From: Candidatus Parcubacteria bacterium
GTDB lineage: Bacteria; Patescibacteriota; Patescibacteriia; UBA1558; GWA2-36-10
Direction of reading: 5' to 3'
Length of the DNA: 64,000 bases
Assembly (NCBI GenBank): GCA_018664825.1
Contig: JABJNO010000006.1
Coordinates: forward strand, 15,157 to 79,156
The notes under the pieces are model-generated. The model had not been told where the DNA came from. It worked only from the letters and a program-made list of their open reading frames with translations, and ran no database searches. The first letter of the stretch is position 1. The number at the start of each line of letters is the position of its first letter. The position numbers and the translations under genes are program-made. Shown here in pieces: positions 58,429 to 64,000 of the stretch.

Positions 58429-58608
58429 TTAACGGGGGTTTTTTGAATACCTCTTCAGAGATTGCATAAACTTTTTCCGCTTCTGCGGACAAATTTCAGT
58501 ATCTCCGATTTCACGAATATGATTTCTGATCCCTATGATCATAAAGGTAAAAATACCTACAAAAATCAAACCAGCGACTACAGCCACGATGATTTCTTTG
58601 ATTTCCAT
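58429..58608 (-). CDS. Small membrane protein, 59 aa (not in ORF track)
   Basis: AAGGAG RBS; MEIKEIIVAVVAGLIFVGIFTFMIIGIRNH..; TTGACA at 58679-58684. Confidence 0.6.
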   Translation of the reverse strand: MEIKEIIVAVVAGLIFVGIFTFMIIGIRNHIREIGDTEICPQKRKKFMQSLKRYSKNPR

Positions 58609-58769
58609 CTTGGTCTCCTTTTTCCAGAGTTTTAAGGTTCAAAAATATTCTAAATACTATATCATAAAAATCTGTTTTTGTCAACAGATTCGACAAGCTC
58701 ACTACAAGTAAATAAAAACCCACCTCAATCTTTTGAAGATATATTGGTGGGTTATAGTCGGGGGTACAT

Positions 58770-59060
58770 CTACAGTTGACCTCCTGTGTAGAGCCTGGTA
58801 CTAATCCAGACATAAAAGACAACCGAGCCTATGATAAGTAAGCACGTAACCACCGCTACCGGAAAACTCAATCGACTAAGATTGGGATAATCTTTACGAT
58901 TATAGACTTCCAGTCTACTAATAAACAGGGAAAGTACTCCCACAGCAGTACCAGCGATTAGCTTGGACTTTACACCAGGCATAACGGCCACCAACAGCAC
59001 CATCAGGACAAGGGCCACAACGGCCCAGACAAAGGGGTTATACAACAGCTTTTTCATCAC
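58770..59060 (-). CDS. Orphan 3-TM membrane protein
   Basis: 96 aa hydrophobic; purine-rich RBS. Confidence 0.65.
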   Translation of the reverse strand: MMKKLLYNPFVWAVVALVLMVLLVAVMPGVKSKLIAGTAVGVLSLFISRLEVYNRKDYPNLSRLSFPVAVVTCLLIIGSVVFYVWISTRLYTGGQL

Positions 59061-59087
59061 CTCTTCCTTCCCGGGGGATACGGGATT

Positions 59088-59219
59088 TTAAGCTACCTTG
59101 ACTATGGACATTAGTAGAAGAGCCAAAATGCAAAACAATAAACCCAGATCAAGCCAGTAGGCCTTGTTTGTTTCTAATGGCTCTTCTTCTCGACGATCAC
59201 GTCCTCTTTTTCCACTCAT
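59088..59219 (-). CDS. Small protein with C-terminal TM
   Basis: GGGAGG RBS 7 nt before MSGKRGRDRR.. Confidence 0.55.
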   Translation of the reverse strand: MSGKRGRDRREEEPLETNKAYWLDLGLLFCILALLLMSIVKVA

Positions 59220-59289
59220 TGCCATTCCTCCCTGTTCAATGTAAAATAAAGGGTACAAAAACATCTTAATATAATTTATTATATCAGTT

Positions 59290-59847
59290 ATGTCAAATAT
59301 AGAAAATAGGCACAAATTAGGTAAAATACACATCTATACTGGAGATGGTAAAGGCAAGACTACTGCAGCCCTAGGATTGGCCGTCCGAGCTCTAGGCAAT
59401 GGCCTCCGAGTTGGTATTATTTATTTTGACAAAGGTGGAGATTATTACAATGAAAGAAAAATCCTAGACAAGCTAAAGCCAGATGGTCTAGAATACAAGG
59501 CTTTTGGCCAAACAAGAATGGTAGAAAAAAAAGGTTTTCGTTTTGAAAATGTACCAGCTGACTTTGCTGATGCCGAAGATGCTATCCTAACTGCTGAAAA
59601 ATGGATGAAAAAAAGGCTTGATTTGATGATTTTGGATGAGATCAATACTACCGTCAAAACGGGCTTGCTAAAAGTTGAAAAAATTGTTAATTTACTAGGG
59701 CAGAAACCAGCTCATTTAGAACTGATTTTGACTGGCCGTTATGCTCCAGATGAAGTTTTAAAATTCGGTGACTTGATTACCGAAATGACTATGGTCAAAC
59801 ATTATATGAGTGAGGGTATTCCTGCTAGAAAAGGGATTGAATTCTAA
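59290..59847 (+). CDS. cobO: Cob(I)alamin adenosyltransferase (CobA/CobO/BtuR type)
   Basis: IHIYTGDGKGKTTAALGLAVRALG, ILDEIN, ELILTGR, TEM..VKH, ARKGIEF. Confidence 0.92.
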   Translation: MSNIENRHKLGKIHIYTGDGKGKTTAALGLAVRALGNGLRVGIIYFDKGGDYYNERKILDKLKPDGLEYKAFGQTRMVEKKGFRFENVPADFADAEDAILTAEKWMKKRLDLMILDEINTTVKTGLLKVEKIVNLLGQKPAHLELILTGRYAPDEVLKFGDLITEMTMVKHYMSEGIPARKGIEF

Positions 59848-59872
59848 TAATTATACTGAGCTTTATTAAAAT

Positions 59873-60304
59873 ATGAAAAAAATTATATCTTTTATCTTCT
59901 TTATTGTAGCCATTGCTATTATTGTGCTAATATTAAGAAACAATGGTCTCCCAAATATTGGTAACAACACAATCGACGAAGGACCTATAAAAAAATATAT
60001 CGGCATAGAGTTCCTATTTACTGAAGACGACAAAATTTTTGTCCAATATGAACACATTGATCCCCCTCAAGATCTATTTACTATCACTCAGGATATAGCC
60101 CTACAACAAAACTGGGAATTTGCTTCTGAGGACTATGGAGAGATGGGCATCTTGGTTGAAAAAATAAAAGACAAAGAAAACGGAGAGAGCAAAAAATACT
60201 GGCAATACTTTATGGACCTACAACAACCCCAAGTATCTGCTGAAAAGTTTTATCCTACACCAGGACAATACATACAATGGAAATTTCAAGCGTCTGAATT
60301 TTAA
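59873..60304 (+). CDS. DUF4430-like membrane-anchored protein (cobalamin-binding-like)
   Basis: TM then YGEMGILVEKI..ENG..KYWQYF..VSAEK..IQWKF. Confidence 0.7.
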   Translation: MKKIISFIFFIVAIAIIVLILRNNGLPNIGNNTIDEGPIKKYIGIEFLFTEDDKIFVQYEHIDPPQDLFTITQDIALQQNWEFASEDYGEMGILVEKIKDKENGESKKYWQYFMDLQQPQVSAEKFYPTPGQYIQWKFQASEF

Positions 60305-60328
60305 AAAATATATTTAGTTTATCAAAAT

Positions 60329-60853
60329 ATGAAAAAAACAAACCTATTACTTATAGTAGCAATTAGTCTAATACTCTTACTTGCTAGATTGATTCCACAT
60401 GTACCAAATTTTTCTCCTTTGGCTAGTGTACTACTTTTTGCTGGAGTATACGCCAAAGACAAAAGATATCTTTTGATTCCTCTAGTTGCCTTATTTGTCT
60501 CTGACTTGTTTCTTGGTTTTTATAAACTAGAAATCATGCTATCTGTTTATATCTCCTTGGCATTGATAGGATTGGTTGGCGTCATAGTCAAAAAAAACAA
60601 AAATATTTTGAACATTATTACCGGCTCTATGGGAGCAGCTATATTATTTTTCCTAGTCACTAACTTTGCTGTTTGGTATTTTGGCGCCTGGTATCCAAAT
60701 ACTCTTTCCGGATTAGCTCTGTGCTATAGTCTGGCAATTCCTTTTTTCAAAAGTACTTTAATCAGCAATTTATTTTATACAAGTGTACTGTTTGGCACTT
60801 ATGAAATGGCCTTATATTTTTACCAACAAAGAATTCTAGCCAAATCCCGTTAA
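60329..60853 (+). CDS. ECF S-component-like putative vitamin transporter (DUF6580-like)
   Basis: RLIPHVPNFSPL, SDLFLGFY, FFLVTNFAVW, YPNTLSGL..CY..AIPFF. Confidence 0.75.
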   Translation: MKKTNLLLIVAISLILLLARLIPHVPNFSPLASVLLFAGVYAKDKRYLLIPLVALFVSDLFLGFYKLEIMLSVYISLALIGLVGVIVKKNKNILNIITGSMGAAILFFLVTNFAVWYFGAWYPNTLSGLALCYSLAIPFFKSTLISNLFYTSVLFGTYEMALYFYQQRILAKSR

Positions 60854-60898
60854 AAAATTTCTAGCCAAAATAAACAATAATTTTTTTTAAAACAAATT

Positions 60899-60920
60899 GT
60901 CTTGAGCGTAGTCGAAAGGC
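60899..60920. repeat. REP-like palindrome
   Basis: gtcttgagcgtagtcgaaaggc. Confidence 0.6.
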
Positions 60921-60981
60921 GATTTTTTTAATTGTCAAAAAAATGGTATAATAATAATAGTAAAAATTATTACACACAAAA

Positions 60982-62025
60982 ATGGACAAAAAAATAAACA
61001 TCAACGATTTATTTAAAAAAGCAACCGAAAAAAAAGCCTCTGACTTACACATCATTGCTGGTAAACCACCTATCTTGAGAATTGACGGAGAACTAAAGGT
61101 AATTGCGGATTATCCTATTATTACTAGAACATCTGGAAAAGAAATGGTTTTTAGTATTCTTACTGAAAGACAAAGAATAAAGTTCGAAGAAGAAAGAGAA
61201 CTAGATATTTCTTATGAAATTCCCAAATTTTCTCGTTATCGTGTCAATCTACATTGGGAGAAAGACAATGTTGGTCTAGTAGCTAGGGTCATTTCAAATG
61301 AGGTCCCTTCTATAGACACACTTGGCCTACCTCCAATAGCCCTAGAGCTGATCTCCAAAACTAGTGGGCTACTCCTAGTGACCGGTCCTACTGGCTGTGG
61401 TAAATCCACCACTCTAGCCGCTATGGTAGAAAAAATAAACCAAATGCGCTTTGCTAATATTATTACCCTTGAGGATCCTATTGAGTTTATCCATAAACCA
61501 GTCAAAAGTATTATCAAGCAAAGACAACTAGGCAATGACATGCTGACTTTTGAAGGAGCCTTGCGACATGTCTTGAGACAAGATCCAAATGTAATCATGG
61601 TCGGTGAGGTCAGAGATCTAGAAACAATGGCAGCGACTATTACCCTAGCTGAAACCGGTCACCTAGTACTAGCCACTCTACATACTCACAATGCCGCCCA
61701 AACAATTGATCGTATTATCGACGTCTTCCCCCCTCATCAACAGGCCCAAGTCAGACTTCAGTTGTCTATTTCTTTGAGCGGTATCATCTCCCAACAATTA
61801 TTACCTAGAGTTGGTGGAGGTCGTATTGCAGCCAGAGAGATACTACTAAACACTCCAGCAGTAGCAAATATTATTCGCGAGAACAAAGTACCTCAAATCA
61901 AAAGCGTCATTCAAACTAGCGCTGAAGAAGGTATGTTTACAATGGAACAAAATATCAAGGAGTTATTAAGTCAAAACTTGATTGAAGAAACTACTGCTAT
62001 GGCTTATTTGAGTAACTTTCAATAA
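60982..62025 (+). CDS. pilT: Type IV pilus retraction ATPase
   Basis: ASDLHI, GPTGCGKSTT, TLEDPIEF, LRQDPNVIMVGEVRD, AETGHLVLATLHT, AVANIIRE. Confidence 0.93.
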   Translation: MDKKININDLFKKATEKKASDLHIIAGKPPILRIDGELKVIADYPIITRTSGKEMVFSILTERQRIKFEEERELDISYEIPKFSRYRVNLHWEKDNVGLVARVISNEVPSIDTLGLPPIALELISKTSGLLLVTGPTGCGKSTTLAAMVEKINQMRFANIITLEDPIEFIHKPVKSIIKQRQLGNDMLTFEGALRHVLRQDPNVIMVGEVRDLETMAATITLAETGHLVLATLHTHNAAQTIDRIIDVFPPHQQAQVRLQLSISLSGIISQQLLPRVGGGRIAAREILLNTPAVANIIRENKVPQIKSVIQTSAEEGMFTMEQNIKELLSQNLIEETTAMAYLSNFQ

Positions 62026-62969
62026 TGAACAAAGCTATTCTCTCACAAATAAGTTTATTTAAAAATCTAAGCCCCAAAGAAATTTCAATAGTGGCTGATT
62101 TTTTGATAGACAAACAATACAACCAGGGTGACAAAATATTTAAAGTGGGAACTGTTCGAGATAAAATAATAATAATCACCGATGGTATGGCCGCCCTAAA
62201 GACAGGTCTTGATAGCGAACAAACCATTGCTCTTTTCAAAAAATATGACTCTCTAGGAGAAATGGCCTTGGTGTCAAAAGCCAGCACTCATCAATATGGA
62301 CTAGAAGTAGATACTCCAAAACTAAAAACCCTTGAACTATCTGTCTACAATTGGGCTACCATCTTAAAAAATCATCCCAAAATTGCCAACAAAATATACC
62401 AAAATATTTCCATCACAATCAAAGATCGCCTCAATCATGCCAACAATAAATTAGTGGCTCTGTTTGCTGCCGGTCAAATAATCAGTGGCCTGGATGATCT
62501 AAAAACTACCCTATCCTCTATCCTAAATATCATCCTCAAAATTATTCCTTCCGAAAAAGCTGCCTTTGCCACTTATTCAAAAGATATCCAAAAGGTTCAT
62601 ATCTATGAAAGCGTTGGTTTTAAAAATATAATAGATAACAAAAGTTATGATATAAACAAAGATCCCTTATTGACTTTTGTAGCATCTGAAGCAAAGACTA
62701 CTATCTTGGAAAAAAACAATTGGCCCAAAGAATATCAAACACTGCCCTACAAATGTGACACCCTGATTGTCTGCCCAATCAAAATACAAAAAAATGTAAT
62801 TGGTTTTATAATTTTGGGAGACAAGAGTAATGGCAGGGACTTTAGTACCAACAATAAAATACTATTAGAGTCACTTTCTAGCCAAGCTGCTCCGGCCATT
62901 TATTATATATCTTCCCAAAAAATAAAAAAAGCAGCCCAAGATATAAAAAGAGAATATATTGATCTCTAG
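62025..62969 (+). CDS. cNMP-binding + GAF domain protein
   Basis: SLFKNLS..Y.QGDKIF..LGEMAL (CAP-like); LIVCPIK..VIGFIILGDK..FS..LLESLSSQAA (GAF). Confidence 0.78.
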   Translation: MNKAILSQISLFKNLSPKEISIVADFLIDKQYNQGDKIFKVGTVRDKIIIITDGMAALKTGLDSEQTIALFKKYDSLGEMALVSKASTHQYGLEVDTPKLKTLELSVYNWATILKNHPKIANKIYQNISITIKDRLNHANNKLVALFAAGQIISGLDDLKTTLSSILNIILKIIPSEKAAFATYSKDIQKVHIYESVGFKNIIDNKSYDINKDPLLTFVASEAKTTILEKNNWPKEYQTLPYKCDTLIVCPIKIQKNVIGFIILGDKSNGRDFSTNNKILLESLSSQAAPAIYYISSQKIKKAAQDIKREYIDL

Positions 62970-63050
62970 TCACTACTATTGAAATATCTTTTATTCTGTG
63001 TTATATTGTTTTGGCTTATAGCTTATCAGGCTATTTTTTAATATAAATCT

Positions 63051-63126
63051 GCGGTCGTAGCTCAATGGATAGAGCACTTGGCTTCGGACCAAGGGGTTGT
63101 AGGTTCGACTCCTACCGGCCGCACCA
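63051..63126 (+). tRNA. tRNA-Arg (TCG)
   Basis: Cloverleaf, cttgg-ctTCGga-ccaag, GGTTCGA, CCA. Confidence 0.95.
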
Positions 63127-63200
63127 TTCGACTCGCTTCGCTCGCTCATGGCCTACGGCCAGAATATGCGAGGCGAATGTCCTGAGCCTAGTCGAAGGAC
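63127..63200. repeat. Inverted pair of REP-like palindromes between tRNAs
   Basis: ttcgactcgcttcgctcgctcatgg and gtcctgagcctagtcgaaggac. Confidence 0.7.
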
Positions 63201-63219
63201 ATCAATCATTATCAAGTCC

Positions 63220-63295
63220 GCCCTTATAGCTCAGTCGGTAGAGCAGTTGCCTCTTAAGCAAACGGTCGGGGGTTCAAGTCCCTCTGAGGGCACCA
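63220..63295 (+). tRNA. tRNA-Lys (CTT)
   Basis: Cloverleaf, ttgc-ctCTTaa-gcaa, GGTTCAA, CCA. Confidence 0.95.
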
Positions 63296-63402
63296 CTAAA
63301 ATAACCTTTTCTACAGGGTTGTTTTTAATTTGACAGCTTTGGAGATTAGCCCTAAGATAAATACGATTTGTTGTACCCTACGACTCAAAAAGGAGAGAGG
63401 AA

Positions 63403-63633
63403 GTGAAAAACACTCGTGTCATAATCGTCACCAATGGTGAACCACTACCCACAGAAATCACTCAACAACTAGAAGCTGGCTACCAGGAGGTAATTGTTAC
63501 TGAAGACATGGATATTGGAGATGTTCTCCGAGATTGCTTTTTTACTAGGATTGGCTATTATAGCCCTCTACACCGACAGTTTGTTGGTGAGCTACTCAGC
63601 CACCTAAAAAGACACAATACAAGGCCTTCCTAA
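63403..63633 (+). CDS. Orphan small protein
   Basis: GTG start, AGGAGAGAGG RBS, own promoter, terminator 63633-63663. Confidence 0.6.
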   Translation: MKNTRVIIVTNGEPLPTEITQQLEAGYQEVIVTEDMDIGDVLRDCFFTRIGYYSPLHRQFVGELLSHLKRHNTRPS

Positions 63634-63756
63634 AGCCCCAATCTATCAAGATTGGGGCTTTTATTGTATAATATTGACATACTATCCCAATATTGGTAGT
63701 ATAAACAATCGTTTCGTTTCGTACTTTTCATTCACATCTCAAAAGGAGGTGAAATA

Positions 63757-64000
63757 ATGAGTTCCTACTCACACGGACAGATGATCTGTCACATTAAAGA
63801 CAAAGAACCTACTCTTCTCACTACTCTACAAGGAGCCTTCAACCAAGACGTTACGTCTTTTATAAGACATATTATTGAAGTTGATCAAAATATCTCTCTG
63901 GGTATCCCCCAAAGAAAATTCAAAGGCTTTGTTTTTGACCTCTCTGAGGTCACTGCCGTAGGTAGAGAGCTAGAAGTTTTTTTGGCAACCTTATCTCAAC
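63757..64000 (+). CDS. Possible STAS-domain protein (3' truncated; not in ORF track)
   Basis: AAGGAGGTG RBS; open frame MSSYSHG..LTTLQGAFN..FVFDLSEVTAV. Confidence 0.5.
   Translation, partial: MSSYSHGQMICHIKDKEPTLLTTLQGAFNQDVTSFIRHIIEVDQNISLGIPQRKFKGFVFDLSEVTAVGRELEVFLATLSQ

Noticed and set aside
59226-59300. Cobalamin riboswitch upstream of cobO
   Set aside because: Region is short, AT-rich and occupied by the divergent promoter; no B12 box seen
63148-63333. 61-aa ORF
   Set aside because: Overlaps tRNA-Lys and a REP-like element

Overview
A gene-dense, AT-rich bacterial chromosome segment. The many orphan and secreted proteins, pilin-like genes, reduced metabolism and Shine-Dalgarno-less housekeeping genes suggest Patescibacteria/CPR (Parcubacteria-like); this assignment is an inference. 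Recognisable content: four tRNAs (His-GTG, Arg-TCT, Arg-TCG, Lys-CTT), ZIP and CorA transporters, an ABC exporter, rpiB-rpe, a sensor kinase, korAB, a ferredoxin-iscS-nifU-sod-patatin-ahpC redox cluster, a CYTH protein, a beta-CASP nuclease, class II ribonucleotide reductase with two NrdR boxes, maf, a MazG-like gene and cdd, a cobO-DUF4430-ECF-like B12 cluster, and pilT. Unexplained structure: (1) eleven orphan transcription units share a -35 hexamer (TTGACA in ten), a boxA-like leader motif and a purine-rich RBS, unlike the housekeeping genes; (2) a ~12 kb same-strand array of cassette-like genes downstream of tRNA-His, joined by repeated terminator/extended -10 modules and containing a duplicated gene; (3) a twice-repeated 48-nt structured leader in front of the ZIP and NYN genes; (4) eight proteins sharing an N-terminal Cys-helix motif, five of them in a tandem LRR-like array; (5) an unannotated microprotein operon with a structured leader; (6) a GC-rich long-hairpin RNA candidate. 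No CRISPR, integrase or transposase is visible. All calls come from reading the sequence only; no database searches were run.
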